Below, piece by piece: positions 11,786-25,312 of a DNA stretch of 64,000 nt; the first letter of the stretch is position 1, and every line of letters begins with the position of its first letter. The notes beneath the pieces are model-generated. The model saw only the letters and a program-made list of their open reading frames with translations, did not search any database and was not told the origin of the DNA. The translations under genes were made by a program, and so were the position numbers. The stretch is from Octopus vulgaris (Eukaryota): NCBI GenBank assembly GCA_951406725.2, contig OX597814.1, positions 134,974,001 through 135,038,000 of the forward strand, read 5' to 3'.

Positions 11786-14099
11786 TTAGATATATTTCTG
11801 AAAAAGAACCATAGCAATGTGAGCCTGTTTCCAAGAATACTTAAGAAGGGGACTTAAAACCAATTTTAGAAATAATGATCTTGGAATATTTATCTTTCAA
11901 ATAGTTTAAGGATTGTATAAAATATATATGAAACAAAAAGTAATGTTAATCAGATGGACAGATATTAAGCTTTCTATTATACTACAGTTTGAAGTCTGTA
12001 CTTAAGGAAATTTGCTTTGACTTGGACAGGAGCAACACAAATTTCCAGTTACTATAACTGAAAATTTAACTTTTTAACATTTTAAAGATCTACTCCCAAA
12101 CTTAACCAGTCACCAATAGATGTTCAACCACCCTGCATTCTGTACCTAAATATTCCCTTCTATTGGTCATTGGTCTCATGATCTCAACATTTTCTAGCTA
12201 CATTCCATATATGATGATCAGCTCATTCAGAAGCTGAAACATTCATAACTTACATCTGGTTGACAAGTGACTGCCAGAGCTGTCACTTCTTTATGTGCAA
12301 AGCTAGCTTTTGAGATATCTGATTAGAAATATAAAAATATTTAAACCCATCATTACAATCTAAATTTACTACAATTTGAGCCAGAACATAACAACCATAA
12401 GGCACTAGTTAATTACTTGGAATTTCAATTTTATACAAGCTATTAAATGAGACCACTAATCCTAATAGTCTCTATCATTAGCAGAGAACACTGTTCACAA
12501 GTGAGCTGCTTCCTTACTAAATTCTTTCATTTATCTGTCCCAATGTGCAACCTATTGCCAAACAAGACACTCTTGACTGTTAACCAATCTTAACCACCTC
12601 CTAGATTATGGCAGATCTTATTTCACCAATCACTTGTTAAGGTTTCTCAGAGAGAGATTTATTGAAGAACTCTTTTACAGGTCAACACAGAGGTCTCTTG
12701 TTGGTGTAAATTTCAAGAGACCTTCAGTCAAATATAGCATAAAAACATTTTAGCAATGTAGCACACTTACTGTTTGTACTCAACATTAATAATTTGCATT
12801 ACTTTGACATGTGTTGATTCAGCTCTTCTTAGTCATCAGTTAATTTTTGTAGCATATCCAGTAGTTAGCCGAGTCTTGCTTCTTGACATTACTACAGCCA
12901 AAGACCCTACTAACTACATATTCTTAAAGTAATATTACACAATACATTAGGCCTCTCTTTCCAAAAGCCTCTTTCACATAGAACCTCTCTCCAGGTCTGC
13001 ACATTCTTCATAAACAGACTCCTTAAACATACTTGCAAAGATGATTCAACTAAATGTACACTAGAATAAAAAAAAAAGGTTAAAAATGCCTACAACACTA
13101 TACCCCTTATATTCATTGAGAATTCATATCTAGAACAATCACCATATTTAATGCCTAATACTCCGATAATTTATTCCAAAATTGATCTTCAATATTTTAG
13201 ATGGTGCACTATTATATTGCAGTTTGAACTGAATCCAACCATTAAACTGATGAAATTTTACAAAATCTACAACTACTGACGTACTTAATCAAATTATGGC
13301 TCTTTTAGTTGTTTTTCCTTAGAAGGGGAAGGCGAGTGCCATGACTGGAGAGCTTAGCAGGAGGAATAAACCAACAACCAAGTAGGTTCTCGTGAAAACA
13401 TCCAGAGTTAAGTGGTGGTGTTAGATTGAGTAATCAGTTAAGGCTACTATTGAAAAATAGATATGGTCCACTGACAGATTTCCAGAGTTTAGTTACTCAA
13501 TTTCAGTTATAGACTTGAATTGACCCGAGGCTATAATAGAAAACACTTGTCCAAGATGCCACACAGTAGAATTGAAACTGGAACTACATGATTTCAGAGC
13601 AAACTTAACAATGATGTCCTCACTTTCTGTACTGTCAGTCATCTCCTACTCTCCCCAACCTTTCATATAACTTGTGTATCGTCAATCATCCCTCCACTCT
13701 TATCCACTATTCACCCTATCCAATCTCTAGACATCACCTACTCCTTCCAATTCATATTTATCATTAACCACCTTTTAATTCTTCTTCTTCCTTCATTATA
13801 CCAACCCTAACCCTAATCCTACTTTTGCAACTTCTACCTGCCCACAATTGTTTCCTTCTTGTACTTTAAGGGTTCACCCTGACACTTCATCACTACCATT
13901 TTACTCTCCAGCACCACACTGTTCTATAATGCAAATAGGCATGTAGTTAACTGCAGGAAGAAACCTGTCCCAGCCCTTTCTTTCATTTGACTCCTAGTAT
14001 AAGACTGTCTCCCTTTTTGTGGTATCTCCAATCAGTTGAAAGGAATTATTTTTCTTGTGAACTATGTAGCAATCTTAATAGTATTAGTACCTAAAGACA

Positions 14100-14265
14100 G
14101 AAAAGCACTCAGTACACTCTAAAGTGGTTAGCATTAGGAAGGTCATCCAGCCATAGAAACCATGCCAAAGCAGACATTAGAGCATGATGCAGTCCTCGGG
14201 CCAGTCAGATCCTGTCAGATTGTCCAACATATGGAAGAATAGAGGATGAATGTTAAAAGATGGAA
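14100..14265 (+). mobile_element. Diverged RTE-LINE 3' tail copy
   Basis: AAAAGCACTCAGTACACTCT..GTGGTTAGCATTAGGAAGGTCATCCAGCCATAGAAACCATGCC. Confidence 0.7.
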
Positions 14266-15419
14266 ATGGTGATGTTGAGATGAGGTCTAGACAGTTTGAA
14301 CATAAATATTTGGACCAGATATGGCCAGTTTAAATGCCAATTTAATAATTCAAAAATTGTCTTATCTTTTCCATATGTGTGTCTATAATGAAGAGATTGT
14401 ATTTTAGAAAGTGGTCAATTTCATCGGTGTGTGTCAATATAGCCTTAGATTCCGTAATGTATGATAGCATCACACACATCTTGCTATTATAAAATGTAAC
14501 CATTTTCACTAAAGAAAGTACCAGCTTTTATGTTTACTAAGTTTTACCTCTGCATCATGAAATCAAAGTAGACCAAGTCAATAGGGGGTTGGCTTACAGA
14601 GCAGAAAATTCATACCCATTGCTTTTGTGCTGTGTATAGCACCAAGACACTTATCTTTAGCTGGTTTAAGTAGAACTTTATATTGAAACATCTAGAATAT
14701 TGAGCATTTTTTGGGAATTGCGATAAGTTCAAATCATACTAGTCACAACCAAACTGCTGGGTGGATTCGCGTGAAAATGGCACACATGGAGACAGGTGCA
14801 TAAATTGGAATGGCTCCATACTTACCGATAAAATCGATTAAAACTTTTTCTAATGGAATTCCCATGTTTGTTCCGCCATTAAAACAACCAGTTGCTCACA
14901 CAGCCGGCATATACCATTTCAATAGCAGCAAGAGGAGTACAGGATGACAGTCACCCAAAACTTTCGCTATATTGTCTCTCTTCTTTCACCTCTTGGTGGG
15001 GTTAATAATCTTAATCTTTAGTTATAGTTTCTCATTCAAACTACATAATAGGCAGAATTGTCGGATTAAGACAGTAGGGTGTTTTCAGGGAGATTTGGCT
15101 GCTATTTCTGCCAGGTCTAGCTACCATGTAGAGGTCTGAATTCAATTTTCATTCACATATTTGCATTTCAAAAATTTAACAATCTTTCCATAAATCAACT
15201 ATCATAAAAATTTTATACGATGACATTTTCTATGTATGTGTGTGTACCTTAAAAGACATCAATCATCACGATACACACCTTCACTCACTATCTTTCTCTC
15301 TCACACGTGCAAGCATGCACACACACACACATCCATTTCATATATCTTCTTTCAATTTCTGCTCTTTGCAAATAAAATTTTTATGGATACAAAAATAGGG
15401 ATTAATGTATAATTTCTTT

Positions 15420-15708
15420 CTATGTTCATATTTAAATCAATGTTTTAATGATTAGACAGAGGTCCAATAAAATAGCTCTCAGAAACAGACTACGTACAAA
15501 TTCATTCTTCACAACTCCTGAAGCTATTTTCTGACAGGTGGGTGAGAGGGGAAGAGTCAGAAAATTTTCATACAGCTGGAGGCTCCAATCAAAACAGGGG
15601 GACCCAAAATGATATGGTTGAGAAACGCTGTTATAGTTTATGCCTAATCGAAAACGATCACAGCCACATCATCCAAACAGACCGGGTGAAACTAGGCTTA
15701 GCTGCTAG
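15420..15708 (+). mobile_element. Helitron-like non-autonomous element, 3' end (left boundary approximate)
   Basis: Ends CATCCAAACAGACCGGGTGAAACTAGGCTTAGCTGCTAG|T. This is the reverse complement of the terminus at 39497, so the same family. Confidence 0.6.
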
Positions 15709-16199
15709 TCTTATATATATATATATATATGAAGATTCCATAACTTAATGTATCCTCCCATAACAGTTTTTGGGACACACATTTCTGGCTTGAAAATGAC
15801 TGCTCTTTGTGTGTATGTACATCAACAGTATCAGTGTTAGTTCGTGATCAATTTGTTTCACTTATTCATATATGACATGGATTGATTTAATTTCTCTCAG
15901 AGGAGGAATGTACAGTTAGCTGAATCTAATTCAAATTGCATTAGGTTCTATACTATATTCCCTTAGGTGAGGTGAGGAAAAAAAAAAGAAGAAATCAATG
16001 CAAGTAGAATTTGAATTCAGAGACAGGTGATACCAAACTAGATATTACATAGTGGTATAATGAATCTTGAGTACTGCAGGAAACATTACTAAATAGTATG
16101 AATGTAAATGGAACAAAATATATTTTCAGGAATGTTTTTAAGCCACTCCTACCTATTGCAAGAAGAGAAGTGCAAAGTAGATCTGAGTATGTACTGCAA

Positions 16200-17640
16200 T
16201 ATGAAAGATTAGAGGTGTGAGGTAGTCTGGATTGCAAAGCAGTATACCAGAGAGAATCAAGATGCCATTGGTGTAGAGTGTCTATGAAACAATAGCAGTG
16301 CACTTGCTCTCCCTGGTAGCAAAAAGAAAGAAGGTAATTTGTTGAAAGGAAAGGGTCCATCTCAAGTAGATCCAACAGAATAACAAGCCAGTTAAATTGA
16401 CAGCTCTACAGTCAAAAGTGGGATTAAAGACATGAAAACAGGGAAGGCAACAGGACCATCAGAGAGATGCTGAAAATATTTGACACAATAAGTACTAATT
16501 ATTTGCACAGTCACCTGGGCTGTACAAGAACTTGTCATATCCAATGAATGTCATTGTGATATCAGCATTAACTGCAACAAGAGTAAAATAGATGAACTTG
16601 GTTACAAAAGTTACTGCACAATTGATTAGGTAGACATTTATGGCAGGGTGAGTTGTTTTGTTTTAAGCTTGGATGGAGTGCCACTGATACCTTCTTCCTA
16701 GTGAGACAACTACAAGAAGTATTTAGCTAAGAATAAGCTACACTACCTAACATCTATTGATCTGGAAAAGGCTTTGACAGGGTTCTACACACTGCTAAAG
16801 CCTGTTGATCACCAAAAGAACTGGAAACAGATGAATGGCTCATGAGAGCCATGCAAACAAAGTATGTAGTAACATCGGTAAAGTGAGAGTTATCAAGAAG
16901 TTTGGTGAGAGATTTAGAGTGTAGGCTGGTGTATATTATGGCTAGTGCTGTCTCTTCCTGCTAATTATAGTCTTCTACATCATAACAGAGGAGTTTAAGA
17001 CTGGCTGCCAATGAGAACTTTTATATGTCGGAGTTCTTACAGCTGTATCAGTCAACTGATTAAAAAGAAAATTCCAAACTTGTAAGCAACAAATAAATTA
17101 AAAGGACTTAAAGAAAACCTAGTAAAGACTAAGATTTTAGTTAACAAGAAAGAAGACAAGACTCCACTGCCATGAAGAGAGTAGAAATATTTGATATGTA
17201 GTAAAGGATTCTATGATGCAGCTTGTGTAAACTATGAATATTTAAGTGTAATGCAATTACTGGCAGGCTGATAGAGAAGTTAGATACCAATTATGGCAGA
17301 TGTACAAGGGTAGATAGCCATAAGAATAGGCATAAAATAAATTGCTGCAAGAGCTAAAAAGGCTCCCTAAAAGTTTGGTTAGCCTTCCTGTTGGTCAGTG
17401 GAATTCCAGAGACAATAACTAAACCACCTCTGTTGTGCCTGGGTTGTTTCCAGAAGCAAGTGCCTAGGCTCAAGTATACTTACTACCTCACTATTCATGG
17501 ATATGCTACAAAAAGAAACAAGTTTCTGCAGCATCCATGGATGGAACTAGTGGAAGAGAGAGACCAAGAAAGACAGGATGAAAAGATCACAAGTTGAAAC
17601 TTGCGAAACAGATGACAAAGCACTATAACATGGAGCAAAA
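16200..17640 (+). mobile_element. Highly decayed RTE-type LINE body
   Basis: Residual DNA similarity to 42500-44400, e.g. CTAGTGAGACAACTACAAGAAGTATTTAGCTAAG, GATCTGGAAAAGGCTTTGAC, CATAACAGAGGAGTTTAAGACTGGCTGCC. Many stops. Confidence 0.75.
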
Positions 17641-20389
17641 TGCTGTCGTGGAAAAGACCCTTCCAAATCAAGCAAACACAAAATATGATGATGGGGGTAA
17701 TGGAGATTGGGATGCATACCTATTATGTCCATATTAAATTTCCATCCTTTAGTCATTTTCTCATCTATTACAGAACTTCTTTACTACCATACTGCCTTTA
17801 TAAAGAGGGATGGCATTGCACTGAATCTGTGCCATACACCATTTCTCATCTTTATTGCTACCCACCATCCAATCTTTCCCGTTGTTCCTACTAGTATTCA
17901 TTACTTTTCTACCTCACTTTTACTCCTATTCTGATTTGCTTCTAATACTCTATCATCCTGCTTTCCAGTTCTATGGAAAAGAAAAATGAATAAAGATAAC
18001 CTCTCTGGTGCTGATGAACAACTTCCATGATAAAAGTATACTTTGTAAAGAGGTTGTCAATAGGAAGAGTATCAAGTCATAGAAGCTTTGCTAAAAATGG
18101 AACTTGCAAGCAAGATATAGTTCCTGATAAGTCTAAGAAATCAGTAGCTCCAAATAACCTGAATTTTGATGACCCATCCCAGCATGGAAAAGTGGGCCAT
18201 GACAAAAATGATAAACCAAATATTAAGTATTTATAACGGCATGACAAAAATCAAAAATTTTGAATGTCTATCGTATAACTGGGCACCCTGGAAACTCTAA
18301 AGTTTCTTTTTCCAGCAAAGAATATATTCTATAATCAATGATCCTTGTGGATTACATGCTGAATTTTACAAAATCAACGTACAAACAATCCAAAACAATT
18401 TTACTTCACATAACAATAACTCTCAGGAGCTGTAGTTCTAAGTTACAGTTCACTAGAAATTGTGTCCATATCTAATTTATCAAGCTGCTTTGTAGAACTT
18501 ATTCAAAGCTGACTATGACTAAATGTAACACAGTCACTGATTTATCAATCCAACTGTATAAATTACTAACATAGGAATTGAAATTAATAAAATTACAAAT
18601 GTCAACATGAAATAATGAAATGAAAGTGCACTTTGTTGTAAGCGAAAAAACTAAGCAAACTAGGCATTATGCCTTTCTTTTTAATGTTGCTTCTATGCAA
18701 CAGTCATCTTGTATAGTTTCCTCTCTGTTAGCCCCCAGTGAACAAAAAATTGAATGACTTGGAAGTTCATATTTAGTAGGTATTTCTAGTTTTGATCAAT
18801 GAAGTAGTTTTTAAAACGAAAAACTAAACGTAATGGAGAGAAAGAGATAAAAGAGGGTAAAAGAAAATAAAAGTGACAAAATAGGTAAATATATTAGGTA
18901 CAGTAAACAAGCCTTGAACACGTGGAACAGAATTGGTTATAATGATATAAAGAGATTGATTGAAAACACTTCACAATGGGTCAAGGTTTCACACTGATAA
19001 TGATGAGGACTTAAAGATGAAGTAGTAAGATTAAAAATGACAAATATACTATGCACATTAGATAATTTTATAAACTAAAGCAAATATAGGTAGCTTTTCT
19101 AGCGTTAATATGAGCCAGGCAACCCGTAGCCAAAGAATATTTTCAATTTATATAGAAAATAGGATGCGAATGTTTTAAATATCCTGCTTTAATTACACAC
19201 CACAAAATGTGTTGGATAAAAATGGCTCAAACTCAAGGTTACTCAGCTCTCATCAATTAAGTCGAAAGAAAGACCAGTCATAGACATTGTGTTTATACTG
19301 TGGGTTGTACTGGGAATATATAGTTCTATATTAAAAATACTTAATACCCTACATGATCGTAAAAATCGTTTTCATTCATTTGATTTATCTAGCTTCTATA
19401 TGAAAATCATTCTAGTAAATCTAGTTTAATGACCACTTTCATTATTACGATTGTCTAAGTGTTGGACCAACTGAAAGTTGCTTAACTTTCTGTGATCCGA
19501 CTTACCAAGTTTTATTTAAGGGAATAATTTTAAAAATCAGTTTATATTAAAAATATAAAATACTGTAAACTCAATAAATATAAATATAAATATATATAAA
19601 ATGTACCCTGGGAATGAGGCAGAAAGTTCAGAGGTAATTTTTCAATGAAAACGAAATAGTGAGGGAATCGAATTTTGCAGATCAAAAATTCGCGAAGTTT
19701 AATCTTTTACACGCAAGATCTGTTTATGATAGCGTCATTACACACACAATAGTCTAGATTGTGAAAATAATAGCTAACAGTAAATGATTATCAAACTGAA
19801 GGTGTGCACAGTACTTGGGACATTAATTTAAACTGATTTCAATTAAATGCTGTAATGAGAAAAAGGAAGGAGAAATAATAGATGTCCTTGAGGATAATTT
19901 GAAAAATAACCACGCTTCAAAAGACTGGCAAAATAAAGATGTAAAATAAAAGACAATATTGACGATGATATAGGTGTTTATGCCCAAAGTAATATTTGTT
20001 ATAAAAATAATACTAAGAATGAAATCCCCTCAGATAACGAAAGCTATTTTGGCTCCAAATCCACTTGTTATATTTCCCTAATTGTCCATCTGTCTATTAT
20101 ATTAAGACAATTTGAAGGCTGAAAATAAAAGTAATGACAGGGTTGCTTGATGGAATGCGAGAAATGATAATTGATCAAGTGTGTTATAACGTAGTAATAT
20201 ATCTAAGCGAATCCTTCCTGTATAACAGTGCTGATATATAAATCACTAAAGGAGAGAATGAAGCTTGAAGCACTGACGACGACAACGTATGGACGGATAA
20301 TATACAGCGTGATGTATTAAACAGATTTACAATGGGTCATCAACAGACGGGCGCGCGTATATACACATATAAAGGATAAACATACTTAC

Positions 20390-20454
20390 TTCTAATGGTA
20401 AATGGTGTAAGTCTCCAACTATATATGTAAGATGTTTGTCAGTTTGAATAAAAG
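20390..20454 (-). CDS. TMEM131: TMEM131-family gene, coding exon 2 (65 nt, phase 1-0)
   Basis: (A)FIQTDKHLTYIVGDLHHLPLE, compare the recalled AFVQSE... after the TMEM131 signal peptide. Acceptor tttttcttatcgcttctccacag, donor GTAAGT. Frame joins exon 1. Confidence 0.82.
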
Positions 20455-21689
20455 CTGTGGAGAAGCGATAAGAAAAAGAAAAATACAGTTACACGAAGAT
20501 AACATAAAAATAAAAACAATAATTATTAATGTAATTTTATTAAAGTGTCATCCGTTCGTTAAGAACTAAATCGTAAATATCAGTATTGGTGGTAAACAAG
20601 CTATATAGTAGTTCTATAGCCTCCATACACGTTAGCATACAATGAACACAAACACATACGTATATAGAGAACAATTACACAGATAAGGGACCATTTTCCC
20701 CCTTTGTTTACCGGAAATTATATCAAACAAGTATACAGATGGAGATTTTGCTTTTAATTATCATTAATGTAATATAGTTATGGATAATACAGTAGCGAAT
20801 TTAAGGAACTAAGCCAGTCGACTCTATACAATTTCCGCGAGGGAGAGTGTGTGTTATAACAAACACATGTAAATGCCTAAAGCAATAAAAATATGTAAAT
20901 CATTTGTAAATACGACGGAATGGGTATCAAAATTTATTATGTTCGTCTGTACATACACAAAAGCACGTTATAAACGACATGAAGTCGATAAGAAATAAAA
21001 CCTATTTTAGACTGGTAAGTGAACAACAGAAATTATAGTAAACAGGATATGTTTAAAAGTGGATAGTTTGCTGGTGTAGTGAAAGAAATTACAGAAAATA
21101 AGCAGATAGAAATAACGTACTATTGCAAAAATAGTCGACAGAAAACAGCTGAGGAAGACAGTAATGGGTATTTTCGTTACACAAACATACAAACAGACCC
21201 AATAATCAAATATATTCTCTATTATATATATATATATATACATATATATATACACACACATATATATATATATAATATGACTATCACTAGAAATTTCCAT
21301 ATATTCTAAAGATACTTTAAATTTTCTTTAATAATCCAAATAATAAACTCAACACATTGTGTCGACAAAAGTTGCGAATTGGTTGGTATATCACTAGCCA
21401 TGTTGTCATAATGCAAAATAGCAATTGTCAAACGGAAGAAAAAATCCTGTTCCACTGACTATTATATTTTGCTGAATTTTACAAAATATTACGAATAGGA
21501 AAAGTACTATCGTTTGTCTGATGCAATAACAGCAGATAGTGCAATATATATAATGTATGCAATGTGTAAATAAAGAATTTCAGATGCGTATTTTATAAAA
21601 TGTGCTAAGTACGTGCCAAAGAGGAAAATCTCTCAAAACATTAGATGAAACCATTGAAATAACGACCTTTCAAAGGATGATATACTCAC

Positions 21690-21870
21690 CTTGACTGTGG
21701 CTCTCTACTGCCGCTACATGGGTGTAATAGTGTTGAAAATAATGGAAAAGAAAGATTAAGTGAAACAAGTCCAAAGCCATCTTTTCTTTGTTGCGCTGTG
21801 GTCGCTGTTGTGTGCTGCTTTCAGTCCCCGCCACCACCACCACTACTTCCCGACTTGACGCTGCCGCCAT
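21690..21870 (-). CDS. TMEM131: TMEM131-family gene, first coding exon with signal-peptide-like segment
   Basis: ATG at 21870: MAAASSREVVVVVAGTESSTQQRPQRNKEKMALDLFHLIFLFHYFQHYYTHVAAVESHSQ, then G|GTGAGT donor (phase 1). Locally CpG-richer; hydrophobic stretch ends ..VAA. Confidence 0.8.
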
Positions 21871-22450
21871 ACTTGTTTCTTTGCCACGGTCGCAAGCTGG
21901 ACATTGTAATAATTCGAAACTATCCCAAGAAATATATGATTTTCACAAAGAGTAATTTCTTTACAAAAATGGACAAAACAAATAAAGTTTTATTTTATCT
22001 TTCGAAATTGGCTTTCCTTTCTATTTATAAGTTCGAAACATAAGTCGTTCTTTAGCTCAACATAACTACGGACTAGGCCAGTAGCAATAGAATTAACTCT
22101 TAAGGATTCATTAAATCGTTTTCTCTAACGTGAAAACAAATTTCGAAGTTAAATACTGACAGTTTTTCTCTCTTTTGTTCTAACTTTTAAAAGATACCAC
22201 GTTCATCGTTGCTTACAAATAAACATTGCATGTTTAATAATCAGAACGAGTCTATTGTTAATGTAGGTAAAGTGGGAGTTCATAACCAATCCACCCCTTA
22301 CTGTATGGGCTTGTTCCATTAGTCCCCAACTGTAAACATATCTAATTAGATTTAGTTACACATGTTCACAGCTAGCACTCGACGCCATTGACAGCTATAG
22401 CGCAGTATTACGGCAGCCAATTATACATAAATTCTTACTAGTGATTACAG
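21871..22450 (-). promoter_or_regulatory. Putative 5' UTR and promoter of the TMEM131 gene
   Basis: Repeat-free sequence retaining CpGs, directly upstream of the first coding exon. The TSS cannot be located from sequence. Confidence 0.4.
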
Positions 22451-22974
22451 AGTATTTTCTTTTAGCTACCAGCCTAAAAAATATACGTTGGAAAATATTT
22501 TCACGGATGAAACTCTAAATCTGTTGTTTCAGTTTCTTATTAAAGATCATTATGTTTTTCTGCCTGTAGCATAGATTCAGAAATTTGTAGTGCTTAAAAG
22601 TAATTATAAATTTATTTTATATTAAAATGTTCTCGTTTCATGTTGAGGACTTGAAAACGATGCTACACATATTGTCGTGTCACAGGAAAGTGAAACTGAA
22701 ATTAAGCATTAACCTTTCTAACTTCAAATATTCCACAAGACCAATAAACATATGGTGCTTATTACATCTGTATGTATGTTACACACACACATATAATGTA
22801 CATATATAGGCCGTGTGGTAAGTAGCTTGCTTACCAACCACATGGTTTCGGGTTAAGTCCTACTGCATGGCACCTTGGACAAGTGTCTTCTACTATAGCC
22901 TCGGGCCGACCAAAGCCTTGTGAGTTGATTTGGTAGACGGAAACTGAAAGAAGCCCGATATATATATATATATT

Positions 22975-23953
22975 AAAATAAGCAACAGGATATCAAGAGG
23001 GGATGCAGTACAACCGTTTCAAGTGACTCCATTTAATTGAACGATGCAATCATTACATCAATTTAAATGCAGTGCTATCCTCAGCTGCATAAATAAATAT
23101 AATTTTTAATCAGTTGGACACATGTAAATATACACAAATATTTGTACTTTATCATGGGTATGTTATAATCAACATAGTTAAATATATGTATCTGTGCACA
23201 ACTTATTTTTCTGATTCTTAGCTTACAATTAATATAAAGATAACATGGTTTATCACCCATGTATTCCATAAGTAAATACCCAGAGTAATCTTTATAGAAA
23301 CTACCTTATAAGTAAATAATTAAGTACAGGAATGAATATTAAACTAATTCTATGTAATCTTCCCTTTCTAATGTTGAAAATTGGTATATATACACAGTTT
23401 ATCTATTCTGGTTATAATATCATTTTTAGTAATCTTAAATTTTATCTTCATACAACATAACAATATTGTTTATATACAATTATCCATTGTACCCCATGAT
23501 AATTTCCTCTGTATTAACATCATAGGTTTTATTAGCATCTTGCACCTTTAACTGGTAATTAACACCTTGATTTAGGGTCTTCCCCTACCCAGCCTCCTTT
23601 ATAGACAGTTACTTACACATTTCCTAAAATCCTGATAATATTTATGGCCATATCCAACTATAAACTGTCAACTCACCCCGGCTATCCATTCTAAACAGAC
23701 ACTGTCCTCTAGCCCTAGATTTGGTAGTTGATAAAAAAAAGACTAATAAATTAAAAATGAACCACAATCCTTTACTATCTATGACCCAAACAAACTTAGA
23801 AGTGTATATTTTGAGCTATATTGTAGCAACATAGACTTTTCCCTTCTTCTTGCTCTATTAGAGAATTTGAGTAAAATTGTATTGTGTCCAACTAATTAAA
23901 AATTCTTGAAACAATGATACTGCATCACCTCTCGATATCTTGTTGCTTATTTT
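22975..23953 (-). mobile_element. Penelope-like 3'/pseudo-LTR remnant with inverted terminal copy
   Basis: 22975-23023 is the inverted repeat of 23905-23953, and 23101-23122 of 23883-23904. Contains a hammerhead motif. Confidence 0.65.
23003..23090 (-). ncRNA. Type I hammerhead ribozyme motif (minimal helix III, long helix II)
   Basis: AUGCAG-CUGAGGA-[57-nt imperfect hairpin]-GAAA-C-GGUU-G-UA^CUGCAU. Helix I AUGCAG/CUGCAU is 6 bp; all core boxes are present in order. Confidence 0.72.
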
Positions 23954-24379
23954 GATTTTATTCACCTCACTTTGAGTTGTATGGATAATACCACACTAAC
24001 TTGGTGCTTCCACTTAAATACCTAATTCAACTGAATCTCAATTATCTCTTACGTATATATATCTGTATATGTTTGCGTGTGTGTGTTTGTCCCCTCACCC
24101 TCGCTTGACAACCGATGTTGGAGTGTTTACATCCCCGTAGCTTAATGGTTTGGCAAAGAGACTGATAGAAAAATCACTAGACTTACAAAAAATAAGTCCT
24201 GGGGTCAATTCATTCAACTAAAGGTAGTGCTCCAGCATGGCAACAATCAAATGATAAACAAATAAAAGACTATGTGTGTGTGTGTGTGTGTATAATGTGT
24301 TGTCTAAAAACCCATGAGTCAGGAAAAACTGTGTATATTGTTATTAATAAAATACAGTATTATTGTCTCATAATAGGCA

Positions 24380-24600
24380 AATACCAACTGGTAATGCTTA
24401 GAAATTCCCCTCAACTAAGGGTGATACTTTGACATATTGAGAGAAGCAAAAGGCCATTCACTTGATAAGCTTACAATGGCTCTAACCTATGTCCATAATT
24501 CTCTGGGGCTCAAAGTCACAGTAGAAATCAACTTGAAAATGGGTTATTTCCTGAGTGCAACATTAAACAGAAACACTTGTACCTAAAAACCTTTTCAGAA
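24380..24600 (+). mobile_element. Penelope-like RT C-terminal fragment (decayed)
   Basis: Reads GLKVTVEINLKMGYFLSATLNRNTCT*KPF, resembling the GLKITIE.N..VNFLDVTLNL..G.YKPY segment of Penelope-like RTs. Confidence 0.55.
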
Positions 24601-24699
24601 TCTGAAAGAGTGGCTGATATAATTTTCAGGTACTTGGTTGCCAGGGTTAGCTGAAGAATCTACAGCCTATCTTCAAATGAGATTTTTGACACCACAGTC

Positions 24700-25140
24700 A
24701 CATACTACAATGAGCCCCTTGTTGCCAGTGGTTTCAAGGAAAGGATTAGTTACATACTTGACCTCAGCACCATTAAGAGAAAGTACCACTATAAATAATA
24801 TAGTAACTAGGATAAGAACTGGTCAAGGAAACTTCAGGGAGCTATTACCACTGCTGGTAACATGAACCTCCTTTCTCAAAGTGAAGGGCAGATTGTATAA
24901 TGCTCGTGTTCAGACTGCAATGCTGTATGATAGCAAGTTGTGGTGTTTAAATGCAAAAGGCTTGCAAAAGCTAGAAAGAAATGAAATAAACTTCCTCTGG
25001 CTGGGTAAGTAATATCAATGTACATGGAAATCAGAGCACAAATGACATGAGAGAAAAACTGGGCGAAGGAAACTCAAATATAGTGTAGTGTGCAAGAGAG
25101 GAGGCTGCATTGTAATTGATGTGCAATATGTATGGAAGAT
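24700..25140 (+). mobile_element. Decayed RTE-type LINE 3' coding fragment
   Basis: TRIRTGQGNFRELLPLLVT, then CAAAGTGAAGGGCAGATTGTATAATGC and GTGCAAGAGAGGAGGCTGC, homologous to 4600-4900. Confidence 0.75.
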
Positions 25141-25312
25141 GATTCCTACTTAAGGGAAGTTTCATGTGCTCTAAGTTAGTGGAAGCCATGGATTTTGGAG
25201 TTGCTAGAATTTTCAAAATAATGCTAATATACTGGAGAGTACATACACACTCACACATTATATCAAATATATATGTGGATATATTATATGTATATATATA
25301 TATATATATATC

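Larger units (their letters stand above)
22810..24270 (+). mobile_element. tRNA-derived SINE split by a Penelope-like insertion (head 22810-22957, tail ~24060-24270)
   Basis: Head GTGTGGTAAGTAGCTTGC...GGCACCTTGGACAAGTGTCTTCTACTATAGCC...GAAACTGAAAGAAGCCCG and tail TGTTTGTCCCC...GGTAGTGCTCCAGCATGG are joined through (TA)n in the intact copy at 30247-30660. Confidence 0.75.

Noticed and set aside
13801-13820. CCCTAACCCTAA telomere-like repeats (also GGTTAGGGTT near 10478)
   Set aside because: Only about two units; not enough for an interstitial telomere call.
14818-14826. ATACTTACC resembling the U1 snRNA 5' end or an extra minus-strand donor
   Set aside because: No U1 body or Sm site follows. 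No acceptor or TMEM131-like peptide found upstream, and the gene model is already in phase.
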